From: Promethearchaeota archaeon Loki_b31
GTDB lineage: Archaea > Asgardarchaeota > Lokiarchaeia > Sigyniarchaeales > SOKP01
Direction of reading: 5' to 3'
Length of the DNA: 64,000 bases
NCBI GenBank assembly: GCA_005222975.1
Contig: NJBI01000010.1
Span: forward strand, 19,921 to 83,920
The position numbers were made by a program, and so were the translations under genes. Position 1 is the first letter of the stretch, and each line of letters opens with the position of its first letter. Positions 1 through 9,863 of the stretch are shown here, one piece after another. The notes beneath the pieces are model-generated. The model was given only the letters and a program-made list of their open reading frames with translations, was not told the DNA's origin and searched no databases.

Positions 1-80
1 TGATAGATAAAATGAGGAAATTTGATAGGATAATTAAAAAATTTTTTATTAGATTAAATATCTAATATTCCTTAGAATTA

Positions 81-584
81 CTAACTCTTTTCTTTAACTG
101 TTGTTAGAGGGCTACTGGGAGCGTACCCAATGAAATCTTCTTCTTCTCTTTTTACTATGTAAGAAGGGGCGTCAATTTTCTTGCCTAGTACTTGAATGTG
201 GCCGTGAACAATAAATTGTCTCGCTTGATAGATAGTTTTCGCGAACCCTTTCTCAAAGACCATAGTTTGTAGTCGTCTTTTTAATAAGGCCTCTACAGTA
301 AGCGATAACACATCTTCGAATCTTGCTTCTGGACCTACTACGCCGAGCCTGATTAACTTCTTACTTAGCGTATCTTGAACCTCTGCTGCTCTTTCTTTTG
401 ATAATGTTCTAGATTGTCGTGCTATACTTCTCCAATTACCCAGCATGGTACGCATTTTCCAGAACTCTCGTTTATTTCTAAGGCCGTATTTTCCTAGAAA
501 TTCAAGTTCTTCAGCCAACCTTTCTTTTTGAAAGGGATGTTTTGGTTTTTTAAATTTTTTCTTTAAACGTCGTGGATCTCCGAT
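81..584 (-). CDS. rps4: 30S ribosomal protein S4 (uS4), probable non-canonical ATC start
   Basis: [15 protein letters not shown] and [10 protein letters not shown] motifs. The frame extends upstream to (I)GDPRRLKKK, matching the archaeal MGDP N-terminus. ATC at 582-584 follows AGGTGA, and an in-frame TGA lies at 591-593. Confidence 0.95.
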   Translation of the reverse strand: MGDPRRLKKKFKKPKHPFQKERLAEELEFLGKYGLRNKREFWKMRTMLGNWRSIARQSRTLSKERAAEVQDTLSKKLIRLGVVGPEARFEDVLSLTVEALLKRRLQTMVFEKGFAKTIYQARQFIVHGHIQVLGKKIDAPSYIVKREEEDFIGYAPSSPLTTVKEKS

Positions 585-597
585 TTTTTGTCACCTT

Positions 598-1086
598 TTA
601 ATCCCTTTTAATACCTTTTAATCTTCTTCTCAATACGCCGACTACTAGTCCGTGTCGTCCCGTGCTTTTAGTTTTTTGACCTCTTACTTTTAGTCCTTGG
701 TGGTGTCGTACTCCTTTGTAGCTTTTAATCCGCTTCATTCTATCTATATCGCGTCTTACTGACAATTCTAGTCTATTTCCAAAGATGTGTAAATTTTCTC
801 CGGTAACTAAGTCTTTTTTACGATTAACCATCCACGCGGGAATACCATTTGCAATCGGATCTATAATTATTTCTTCAATTCTGTTTAAATCCTTTTCAGG
901 GAGGGCGCCAATTCTTAAGGCAGGGTTTATACTTGCAACCACAATTATTGCTTGAGCGAATCGTCTTCCAATTCCCATTATTTGAGTTAATCCTTGTTCT
1001 ACTTTCGCGTTTCCATCGACTTGACTCCGAAGTTTGCGAAAGAATAATTTTTCCCGAAAGTTGGCAGGTCTTGTAGTTAAGCTCAT
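598..1086 (-). CDS. rps13: 30S ribosomal protein S13 (uS13)
   Basis: GIGRRFA, IPAWMVNR and SYKGVRHHQGLKVRGQKTKSTGR motifs; adjacent to rps4. Confidence 0.96.
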   Translation of the reverse strand: MSLTTRPANFREKLFFRKLRSQVDGNAKVEQGLTQIMGIGRRFAQAIIVVASINPALRIGALPEKDLNRIEEIIIDPIANGIPAWMVNRKKDLVTGENLHIFGNRLELSVRRDIDRMKRIKSYKGVRHHQGLKVRGQKTKSTGRHGLVVGVLRRRLKGIKRD

Positions 1087-1221
1087 TTTTACTCTAAATT
1101 ATTACTTAATTACTTAATGTAATAATTAACGTTATAATTCTTAATATGAAATTTAATATTAATTTTATGGTTTATAAAGGAAGTAGGAATATTTGGGAAA
1201 AATTTTGAGAAAATCTAATAT

Positions 1222-2715
1222 CTAATATTGGGGGTATCTTATTTTCTCATTTTTCTTTTTATCGATATGTTTAGTACATTTGTTTCTTTTGGATTTGGCA
1301 GTCTTTTCGAGAAGAGGTAATCCAGGTTTAGCATCTTTAATCTTCTTTGACTCGATTAAATCGTTTTCGATTAGCCCGCTATATAAATCTTTTCCTATTT
1401 GGGTTCTTATAATAACCGTATTCCAACCTGAGGGAGAACCAATAGAACCAATAGAAATATCCGCTGCTTCTGATGTCAGATCAAAGCAGATATCACAATC
1501 TTCTCTTGCTAAGTGTGTAATCTCTTTAATAGGGACCGTTAATTCATCCCCAGAATTAGTATAAATAAAAAATTTCCCCTTATTTATGTCGGTTTTTCTT
1601 ACGTCCTTTACGTTAACTTTCAAAACCTCGCAGATTTTTAAAAAGGATTCGTACGAGAAGGACTCCATACAGAAGATGCCAATACGAAATTTGATTTGGT
1701 TTAACGCGGGTATATCGATATTATAAATTTTAGATTTTAATAGCCCTTGCATCATGCAAGGAACTCCAACAACTGCTAATTTGGTTGGATTTTTGTTTAA
1801 ATCATTTAACACACTTAAGGTTGGGTTATTTACGTATTTTGTACCGGTAGTTAAAAGAATATCGTCTTTATTTTGAATTACTATCGGTTCAGGCCTCCAC
1901 GGAGTTCCGCTCATTTTTGCGCCTAGTGCTAGATCGATTTGGTTTGTGTCAAAAAGGTAATGTAAGCAAGTACTGGTAATTCCACCATCCTGACATACTT
2001 TAGCAATACTTTCAATTTTAGTTCTTGCGGAATAAACTTCTATGTAATGTCCAATTGTAGAAACGCTTTTAATTTCTGAAGAGTTTTCTTGAGTCATGTT
2101 CAAGATATCTATGGGTAAATACGTACGAGGGCATACAAAATAGCACATTCCACATTTGATACACACATCTTCATCTAATTTACCAAAACCATTATAAATA
2201 TTTAAACAATTTACAGGACAAACGCCGGCGCATAAACCGCACCCAGAGCAGATATTTGATTCAAACACTGCCTTAACTGGTTCGTAAATAGATTTTACTT
2301 CGGAGGGTTTAACAAAACGGCTTTGAATATCGAAATCCTTAAAAACTGTAGCTTTAATTGCGTCATTATTCCCTTCTATCGTATCGTTGATTTTATTGAC
2401 TATTATAAGGTTTTCATTCTTCAATAATTCTAATAAACTAAGAGTTTTTCTGATATCTATGGAGTTTTTTTTGGAAAATTGTTTTATAGAATCAAAATTA
2501 TTGGAATTATGTTGATTTAAATAGTTAAAAAGTCTATATTTCAAATGCTCTTCATCGAACATTTTGAACAACAGTTTATAGTATTGTTTTTCGCTATAGA
2601 TGCCCGCATCTAAGATTTCCTGCTTAGCGTCAATTAACGCGCGGATCCTATATGAGTCTAAAGTAACAGCTACATCTTTTAAGGTTTCCCATGAAATGTT
2701 AGACTCAGAGCTCAT
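1222..2715 (-). CDS. Coenzyme F420 hydrogenase/dehydrogenase beta subunit (FrhB/FdhB family) with 2x[4Fe-4S] domain and ~140-aa N-terminal extension
   Basis: Two CxxCxxCxxxCP motifs plus QDGGITS, GTKY, VGVPC, IGIFCMESF, CDICFD and ADISIGSIGSPSGW. Confidence 0.9.
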   Translation of the reverse strand: MSSESNISWETLKDVAVTLDSYRIRALIDAKQEILDAGIYSEKQYYKLLFKMFDEEHLKYRLFNYLNQHNSNNFDSIKQFSKKNSIDIRKTLSLLELLKNENLIIVNKINDTIEGNNDAIKATVFKDFDIQSRFVKPSEVKSIYEPVKAVFESNICSGCGLCAGVCPVNCLNIYNGFGKLDEDVCIKCGMCYFVCPRTYLPIDILNMTQENSSEIKSVSTIGHYIEVYSARTKIESIAKVCQDGGITSTCLHYLFDTNQIDLALGAKMSGTPWRPEPIVIQNKDDILLTTGTKYVNNPTLSVLNDLNKNPTKLAVVGVPCMMQGLLKSKIYNIDIPALNQIKFRIGIFCMESFSYESFLKICEVLKVNVKDVRKTDINKGKFFIYTNSGDELTVPIKEITHLAREDCDICFDLTSEAADISIGSIGSPSGWNTVIIRTQIGKDLYSGLIENDLIESKKIKDAKPGLPLLEKTAKSKRNKCTKHIDKKKNEKIRYPQY

Positions 2716-2801
2716 TTTTTTTTTACTAATTTATTCTTTACAATTTATGTTTTTTATTATATGTTTTATATATCATAATTCCGAAAACTCATGCTGTGAG
2801 T

Positions 2802-2843
2802 TAGTTACCTTCTAACTCCTTTTTTTTTAGAAGGGTCATTCTA
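2802..2843 (-). promoter_or_regulatory. Candidate SECIS element (eukaryote-like) directly after the mvhD stop
   Basis: Minus strand reads UAG-A-AUGA-C-CCUUCUAA-[AAAAAAAGGAG]-UUAGAAGG-UAA-CUA. It has an AUGA core, an 8-bp perfect stem and an A-rich apical loop. The 3' core is AA rather than the canonical GA. Confidence 0.6.
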
Positions 2844-3269
2844 TTTCGGGTTAATTTTTAGTTTTGGTAGATGAGGAAGAGCTTCGATTTTGTTGGTGAT
2901 GTCTTCTACTGAGTTAAGGAAATTTTCAACTTCGGCTGCAGAGCAGAAATATTGTTGAATCCTATCTTCAGAAAGGCCTATGTGTTTAAACAACCTCTTT
3001 AAAAATTTGACATGTTCGTATGTATTCAAGTTTCCTTTTCCAAACTCACATTCGCCTTCTTTTCAGGAAATAATAGCTACTCCATCGGCTCCGTTCAAAA
3101 AGCATTCCATTATTAAATGAATTCCAATTCTACCAGTACATCTAACTCTTATTAAATGGAAAGTGCTAGAATACGATTTTCTCATAGTACCTGTTAAATC
3201 TGCTACGGAATACCCTCACTTTTCACATCCAAAAGCAATAATATTTCTTTCTTTTACGCTATTTGACAT
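2841..3269 (-). CDS. mvhD: Hydrogenase iron-sulfur subunit MvhD/VhuD, selenoprotein (Sec18, Sec69), 142 aa
   Basis: From ATG 3269: MSNSVKERNIIAFGCEK-U-GYSVADLTG...IRVRCTGRI...GADGVAIIS-U-KEGECEF...SAAE. TGA codons at 3216-3218 and 3063-3065 fall at conserved Cys positions. Confidence 0.92.
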
Positions 3270-3290
3270 TTATTCTCGCCTATAATCTCT

Positions 3291-5291
3291 TTAATTTTCA
3301 ATTTTGGTTGATATTTTCTTCATAACTTCGATTTCACTGCCCGCGATTCCTTTAATTTCTACCTCAAATTGCTTATTTCTGTAATACTTTAAATCGATAG
3401 CTCTTGCTGGACACGAAGAAACGCACACTCCGCAACCTTTACATTTTAACTCGTCAACAACGGCAATGCCATCTTCAGCTACGATTATTGCTTGATATTC
3501 GCATAATTTTTCGCATCTATGGCATCCCACGCAGAGGAGTTCGTCAACTTCAGCTATAATTAACTCTTGAACGATAGTATCGTAAGAAAGCAATGTAGCA
3601 GCTTTACTTGCAGCGGCTAATGCTGTAGAAACGGAATATGGGATGTTTTTTGGTCCCGCAGCACATCCACATATGTAAATCCCTAATCCCTTAGTTTCTT
3701 GAGGTTTTAAACACCCGTGAATTTCTGAAAGGAATCCATTGGGACCTTTACTAAGCCCCATTACATCAATTATTTTATCTGTACCTTTTGAAGGTATCAT
3801 CCCTGTTGAACACACTACTAAATCAAAATCCAAGTAAGAAACGTCTCCCTCTAAAGAATTGTCGTAAAAGAGTTTCATAGTTCCATCCTCGTTCAGCTTT
3901 ATATCGCCCGGTTTTCCCCTTATGAACATTACGTTCTGTTCTCTTATATTTCTATAATATTGTTCGTTTCCTTTATCTGTGGTTCTAATATCTATATAGA
4001 ATATCGTTATTTCCATATCGGGGTATTCTTGCTTTAACAATTGAGCGTTCTTCAAAGAAACGCTACAACAGACAGCAGAACAATAATTATTTCCTCTTAA
4101 CGTTCGGGACCCAACACATTGGATCATAGCTACTTTTTTAGGCGATTTTCCATCGGATATTCTATATACATGCCCCTCGGTTGGGCCAATTGGACTTAAC
4201 AGCCTTTCTAATTCGATTTGTGTAATGACATCAGGATAAATTCCATACATATACTCTTTACTTTTTAAAATGTTGTATTCGTCCCATCCAGTTGCGACAA
4301 TAACAGCGCCTACCGTAATATCGAGAATTTCAGGTTCTTGATCAAAATCAACCGCTTCACTAGGGCAAGTTCTTTCACAATTTTTACAGTCTATACACAC
4401 ATCCATATCGATTACGGCATACTTTGGCACTGCTTGCGGAAAAGGAATATAAACTGCTCTTCTTTCTCCAAATCCTCGATCAAACTCATTAGGGATCGTA
4501 ATTGGACATTCTATTGTGCATAAACCGCATCCTGTACACTTTTTTTCGTCAACATATCGAGGATTTTTTCTGATTTTTATCTTGAAATTTCCAGTTATGC
4601 CACTAAACTCTATAACATCGCTATAGGTCAGTAAAGTTATATTGGGATGTTTCGAAGCATTTACCATTATTGGGGCCAAAACTCATATTCCACAATCGTC
4701 AGTAGGGAAAATCCTATCGAGCTGTGCCATTTTTCCGCCTATGGTTGGCTCTTTTTCAACCAAATAAACAGATATTCCTTGACTGGCTAAATCTAATGCA
4801 GCATTCATCCCCGCAATTCCAGCACCAATTACTAAAGCTGCTTTAGTTACAGGTATTTCTTTTCGTGGAACAGCTTCTAATTCTCGAGCCCGATTTATTC
4901 CTGCTAATATTAACCTTTTTGCTTTTTTTGTCGCTTTTTCTTTATCGTCTTGATGAACAAAGGAGCAGTGTTCTCTGATATTTACCATTTCAAAATAGTA
5001 GGGACTTAACCCTGCTTCCTGTAATACAGTTCGGTATGTGGGTTCGTGAATCTTAGGAGTGCATGCTGCGACCACTACTCTATTTAAATCTAATTCTAAT
5101 ATATCGCTTTTAATAATTTGTTGCCCCGGATCGCTACAAGTGAAATTATTAACTCTTGCTATGACTACGTTAGGTAAAGGCTCAACAAAGTCTCTTAAAG
5201 CATCGCAATCAACGTGAGCTCCTATATTAACGCCTCATCTACAAATGTAAACTCCTATTCTTAGTTTATCGATGGTCTGTTTATCAGACAT
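3291..5291 (-). CDS. hdrA: Heterodisulfide reductase subunit A, selenoprotein (Sec19, Sec203), 666 aa
   Basis: One continuous frame from ATG 5291 (SD AGGTGA). IGVYICR-U-GVNI has TGA at 5235-5237 and FPTDDCGI-U-VLAP has TGA at 4683-4685; both align with HdrA Cys. Also GAGIAG FAD motif, CSAVCC and ferredoxin motifs. Joins track ORFs 4683..5075 and 3291..4679. Confidence 0.93.
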
Positions 5292-5506
5292 TTAATTCAC
5301 CTTTAGTTGAAACATCACCGAAAATAGTTATTGTTTATACTTACTTCTTAAAATTTTAATAGAAGTCCCTTTGGTTTAGGAATTTTTGAATTAATATATT
5401 TTTAAGCATTTTTTTAAGCAACCTATAATTCCATTTAGATCTGTAAATTTGCATTCAAAATGCAAATCTCATTAACTTTTTTATGATAAATTCATTATTT
5501 TCTAAT

Positions 5507-5692
5507 ATGGTGGAGCAAGAGGAAGGGAAAAAAGAAGATTTTGCTAAGCAATTTATGGCAGAAGAAGGCTTAAAAGGTAAAGCTAAGAGAATAAAAATCA
5601 TGAACATTATAGATAAAGTTGGATACGACAATAGAAAAATAAGAGTTGCCTTTCTACGCTCAACAATAACTGAAAGAGTTCAGCATGAATGA
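5507..5692 (+). CDS. Small hypothetical protein
   Basis: Charged ~61-aa ORF with coding-like composition in AT-rich surroundings; ATG at 5507, alternative start 5483. Confidence 0.6.
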   Translation: MVEQEEGKKEDFAKQFMAEEGLKGKAKRIKIMNIIDKVGYDNRKIRVAFLRSTITERVQHE

Positions 5693-5801
5693 GATTTTTG
5701 ATTATTCTTACAAATATTTATAATTTTCATAAATTAATTTAATGATTATTTATAGAAATTTAATAGAAATTAGAAATTTTAAATTTTAATGGGATTAAAA
5801 C

Positions 5802-7085
5802 TTGCGAGATATTGAAGATTTTAGAAGAAATTTTAAAAAAATCGTTGAATCAGAGAAGAAGAGATTTAACAATCCTGTTAAAGCAGAAAGAGTATTTGAA
5901 TACGATCAAAAGTGGAAAAGCGTCCTACAAGAAATTCAAGACTTAAGAAAACAAATAAACGAACTTACTAGTAAGATTAGCACTTACAAGAAATCGGGCG
6001 ATAACATAAAAGCCGAGAAAGCGATAAAGGAATCAAAGCAAATTAAGGAAAAAATTGACGAGTTGGAAAAGAAGAGAATCGAATTTATCAATAAAAGAGA
6101 AAAATATCGATATTATGTGGGAAACGAACTACACGAATCGGTTCCTATTGGTGAAACGGAAGAGAGCAACGAAATAGTAAGAACCATTGGAGATTTGCCT
6201 AAATTTGATTTTAAACCTTTATCACATGTAGATCTAATTGATGAAATTAATGGAGCAGATACAAAGAAGGCATCTGAAGTGGTGGGGTCAAGGTTTTATT
6301 ACTTAAAAGGGGATATGGTGCTACTTAATTTAGCTCTCATTAGATTTGCTTTAGATAAGTTGATTAGCAAAGGTTATACTCCTTTATGGACCCCCTTCTT
6401 TATAAAGCATGAAGTTATGAAAGCAGCCGCAGAATTGGCAGATTTTGAGGAACAATTATATAAAATACAAGACGAAGATCTCTTTATGATTGCCACATCA
6501 GAACAGACTTTAGCTGCTTATCATTACAATGAGATCATTGATCCTAATTTGTTTCCACTAAAATATGCGGGAGTATCGTCTTGTTTTAGGAGAGAGGCAG
6601 GTTCACATGGAAAAGACACTCTGGGAATATTTCGAGTACATCAATTTGAAAAGGTGGAACAATACGTTTTTTGTAAACCTGATAATTCGTGGAATATCTT
6701 TGAAGAATTAATAACAAACGCAGAAGAGATTTATAAAGAATTAAATATCCCTTATCGAATTGTTAATATCGCCTCTGGCGAATTAAACGATAATGCCGCT
6801 AAAAAGTACGATCTTGAAGCTTGGTTTCCTGCTTCGGAAAAATATCGAGAATTAGTCTCGTGCAGTAATTGTTTAGATTATCAAGCAAGAAAATTAAAAA
6901 TAAGAGTCGGAAAAGTAGGTTCTACTCAAAAGAAAGAAATCGCACACACCCTAAATTCCACTGCGGTCGCTACTGAACGTACAATTTGTTGTATTTTAGA
7001 GAATTATCAAAACAAGGATCGTTCAGTTTCGATCCCGAAAGTTCTTCAAAAATATATGAATGGTAAAAAATTATTAAACTCATAA
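5802..7085 (+). CDS. serS: Serine--tRNA ligase
   Basis: N-terminal coiled coil, ATSEQ, FRREAGSHGKDTLGIFRVHQFEKVE, ELVSCSNCLDYQAR and HTLNST motifs. Confidence 0.96.
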   Translation: MRDIEDFRRNFKKIVESEKKRFNNPVKAERVFEYDQKWKSVLQEIQDLRKQINELTSKISTYKKSGDNIKAEKAIKESKQIKEKIDELEKKRIEFINKREKYRYYVGNELHESVPIGETEESNEIVRTIGDLPKFDFKPLSHVDLIDEINGADTKKASEVVGSRFYYLKGDMVLLNLALIRFALDKLISKGYTPLWTPFFIKHEVMKAAAELADFEEQLYKIQDEDLFMIATSEQTLAAYHYNEIIDPNLFPLKYAGVSSCFRREAGSHGKDTLGIFRVHQFEKVEQYVFCKPDNSWNIFEELITNAEEIYKELNIPYRIVNIASGELNDNAAKKYDLEAWFPASEKYRELVSCSNCLDYQARKLKIRVGKVGSTQKKEIAHTLNSTAVATERTICCILENYQNKDRSVSIPKVLQKYMNGKKLLNS

Positions 7086-7110
7086 AATAAAATTTGTCTA
7101 AAAATTAATA

Positions 7111-8343
7111 ATGATTGAAATTTCATTAGAAGAATTCGAAGTTTTTTATAAGGAAAAGCTTGATTCTCAATTTTATAAAGTTAAAAAAGCTGTTAAAAAG
7201 CAAATTTCTGACGTTCGAGATAACCTAATTGAAATAAAGGTTTGTACAGATCATTTTATTGATGCTGGAAAAGGAAATATAGATGAGAAAGCGGTTAAAT
7301 CGTTACATTTCTTTTCTGACAGAATTAAAAAAGAAATTGATGAAGTTGAAATACCTGAAGAAGATATTACTTACGACAACATGCATAGTTTATTAAACTC
7401 AATCAAGAAACTCTTTACAAGCATCAATGATATAGCAAAAAAATCTTTACCAAGATTCCAGAAACAAGTACAACCAGAAATAAAAGAATTAAGTTATATT
7501 ACGCGGAAATTAGGCACTAAACAAAAAGGTTTGGATGAGTTTCTAAGGAAAAAATACACTGATCTAAAGGAGGCAGAATATTTACTTAAAAAGCTGCCAA
7601 AGTTATTTTCTTTAAGAGATAACATCGAACATGCCAAGTCTGATTTAGATGTGTTTGAAAGGGATTTAGAAGAGAGACAGAAAGAACAAGAAGATTTAAT
7701 CCAAAAGCTATCAATTGTAGAAAAAAACGAACTGTTTGGAGAACAAGAAAAACAAGAAGATAACTTAGCCAAGTTGAGGATGAAAATAAACAACAAATTT
7801 GGTTTTAAAAAAGCTTTAAAAAAGTTAAAATTTGAATTAGAAAAAGAAACTATTCATATTCCTAACATTAACACTTTTTTTCTAAGAGATTTTTTAAAAA
7901 ACCCAATAAATACGTTAGTTAAGGAAAGCAGGGACCTACCAAAATTTTCAAGTTTGCTTATCCAATTACGTCATATTTTAGAGGAAAATAAGCTAAATCT
8001 TAAATCTGAAGTAAAAGATAAAACAATTCACCAAATTAATGCAATCTTTGACGAAAAAACAATTCAAAGCGATATCGATAAAATCAAAGAGACGACTAAC
8101 AAAATTAATGAATTAAAGAAACATATTGACCAAGCAGGTTTAGCGATTAATCGAGAAGATATCAAGAATAAAATTGCTACAAATACAATAAAAATAGAAC
8201 ATTTGGAAAACGATCTCGATAGAAAAAACAAAGATTACCTAAGATATTTATCTTCCTTAAAGAACGAAAGAGAAGAATTTCAAAAATCAGTTAAAAAGAT
8301 TTTAAACGAAGAAGTTAAATTAAATATTACCTTCTCATTTTAA
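7111..8343 (+). CDS. Coiled-coil hypothetical protein
   Basis: 410-aa E/K/L-rich helical ORF with no recognisable catalytic motif. Confidence 0.75.
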   Translation: MIEISLEEFEVFYKEKLDSQFYKVKKAVKKQISDVRDNLIEIKVCTDHFIDAGKGNIDEKAVKSLHFFSDRIKKEIDEVEIPEEDITYDNMHSLLNSIKKLFTSINDIAKKSLPRFQKQVQPEIKELSYITRKLGTKQKGLDEFLRKKYTDLKEAEYLLKKLPKLFSLRDNIEHAKSDLDVFERDLEERQKEQEDLIQKLSIVEKNELFGEQEKQEDNLAKLRMKINNKFGFKKALKKLKFELEKETIHIPNINTFFLRDFLKNPINTLVKESRDLPKFSSLLIQLRHILEENKLNLKSEVKDKTIHQINAIFDEKTIQSDIDKIKETTNKINELKKHIDQAGLAINREDIKNKIATNTIKIEHLENDLDRKNKDYLRYLSSLKNEREEFQKSVKKILNEEVKLNITFSF

Positions 8344-8378
8344 TTTTTTAGATATTTCATAAGTTAATAAAAGCTTTG

Positions 8379-9110
8379 CTAATTGGTTTTAACAATTTTA
8401 AAATCTCGATTATTTCTTTTATTTCTTTTTTGCAAAGTTAATTTTAAATTATTTTTTAGAAACTTATACGTCTCCGTTTCAATTAAATTAAAGATTTTAA
8501 AGTATTCGTGCGCTAATACTAAGTCTTGTTTAATATCGATATCAAAACCCGCCTGAAAAGAATCGTAAATCGCAAATTTCAAGTTTCTTTCTTGAGCGTC
8601 TTTTAGTAACGCGACAAAAGAAGGAACATTCGGATCTGAAAAATGCGTAGGCAAAATATCGGGAGGTTTTCTTCCAAAAATAGAAATACCGGCCGAATGA
8701 ATAGCAGGACATACGACCAGTTGGTTTTTTTTCATTAAATTACTTACTTCAATAAAATTTCTTTCTGATATTAAAATAACATCTAAAAACGTAAAAATCG
8801 TTTCTTTAGCGTTAAATTCTTCAATGGCTACATTATTTAAATCTCTAATAACTTCGTCAAACGATTTTTTTGGTACTGTGAGGTGCTCCTTTATCCCAAC
8901 TAATCCATATTCTTCTGCTAAGTCTAATATTTCACCGCTATTACAATAAACTACTTTTTGGTCAAAGCAATCAACATTAACTACTTTATTTGCTAAGTCT
9001 TTAAACATAGCAATAGTCAATTCTTTGAGTAATTCTTTTGGAAAACAATCTCTAAGACGAGATTTAGTTCTTGACAAAGGGGCGATAGGGATTAAAAGAA
9101 TACTCCTCAT
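8379..9110 (-). CDS. cofC: 2-phospho-L-lactate/PEP guanylyltransferase-like (F420 biosynthesis)
   Basis: IPIAPLSRTKSRL N-terminal motif and FDIDIKQDL C-terminal motif. Confidence 0.75.
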   Translation of the reverse strand: MRSILLIPIAPLSRTKSRLRDCFPKELLKELTIAMFKDLANKVVNVDCFDQKVVYCNSGEILDLAEEYGLVGIKEHLTVPKKSFDEVIRDLNNVAIEEFNAKETIFTFLDVILISERNFIEVSNLMKKNQLVVCPAIHSAGISIFGRKPPDILPTHFSDPNVPSFVALLKDAQERNLKFAIYDSFQAGFDIDIKQDLVLAHEYFKIFNLIETETYKFLKNNLKLTLQKRNKRNNRDFKIVKTN

Positions 9111-9168
9111 TATGAAATTTAGGTATAGTTAAAATTTAAAATATATTAAAATTAAGATTTTTAAGTTA

Positions 9169-9726
9169 CTATTTAAAATTATTTAATATTTGAATGGATA
9201 AACTTTCAAATGCCACATCCACATTTTCATTAAGTTTAGCGGAAGTCTCAAAATATTCTACTCCAAGCTTATTTACCCTTTCATCGATAAGAGACTGGTC
9301 AATTTTCCTTTCAAGGTCTAATTTGTTTCCAACTATTATGTATGGGACATCACCGCTTAATTCCTTCAATTTAGAGAGCCAGAAGTTTATACCCTTGAAT
9401 GATGATAATTCATTTAAATTGAAAACAATCATAGCCCCGACCGCTTGAACAAAATAGTATTCGTTGCTAAAAAGTTTATCTTGTTGACCTCCTATATCCC
9501 AAAAATATAGTTTGAAGCCCTTTTCTTTAATATCCTTCTTCAATTCAGGGTTTTCTAATTTTAATTTATCAATGACTTTGCTCAAATCAATCTCTTTAAT
9601 TAAAAAATTTGCACCAAGAGTTGGAACTGATTCTTCGCTAAATTTGCCATCTACATATCGAGATAGTAGGCTCGATTTCCCCACAGAAGGGTCTCCACAC
9701 AAAATCACTTTACCACGATATGACAT
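9169..9726 (-). CDS. Rab/Ras-like small GTPase
   Basis: G1 GDPSVGKS, G2 PTLG, G3 WDIGGQ, G4 NKLD, G5 ETSAK; no C-terminal prenylation Cys. Confidence 0.92.
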   Translation of the reverse strand: MSYRGKVILCGDPSVGKSSLLSRYVDGKFSEESVPTLGANFLIKEIDLSKVIDKLKLENPELKKDIKEKGFKLYFWDIGGQQDKLFSNEYYFVQAVGAMIVFNLNELSSFKGINFWLSKLKELSGDVPYIIVGNKLDLERKIDQSLIDERVNKLGVEYFETSAKLNENVDVAFESLSIQILNNFK

Positions 9727-9863
9727 GCTTTTTTACCCCTATGATTTTCAATCGTATTTGATTAACATTCGTGTTAAAATTTAAACTTATTTTTATTTCA
9801 GTTTGTCCTTTTTATTCGTAATTTTAAACTTCTATTTTTATTGATAAATTTGATTAAATTTAT

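Noticed and set aside
3270-3360. Separate SECIS at the end of hdrA
   Set aside because: An AUGA is present, but no convincing stem follows it.
2841-5291. hdrA and mvhD as pseudogenes, or genome-wide UGA reassignment
   Set aside because: All four TGA codons sit at Cys positions in known selenoprotein families. TGA is used as a normal stop elsewhere (e.g. ends of 5507..5692 and 31706..32584).
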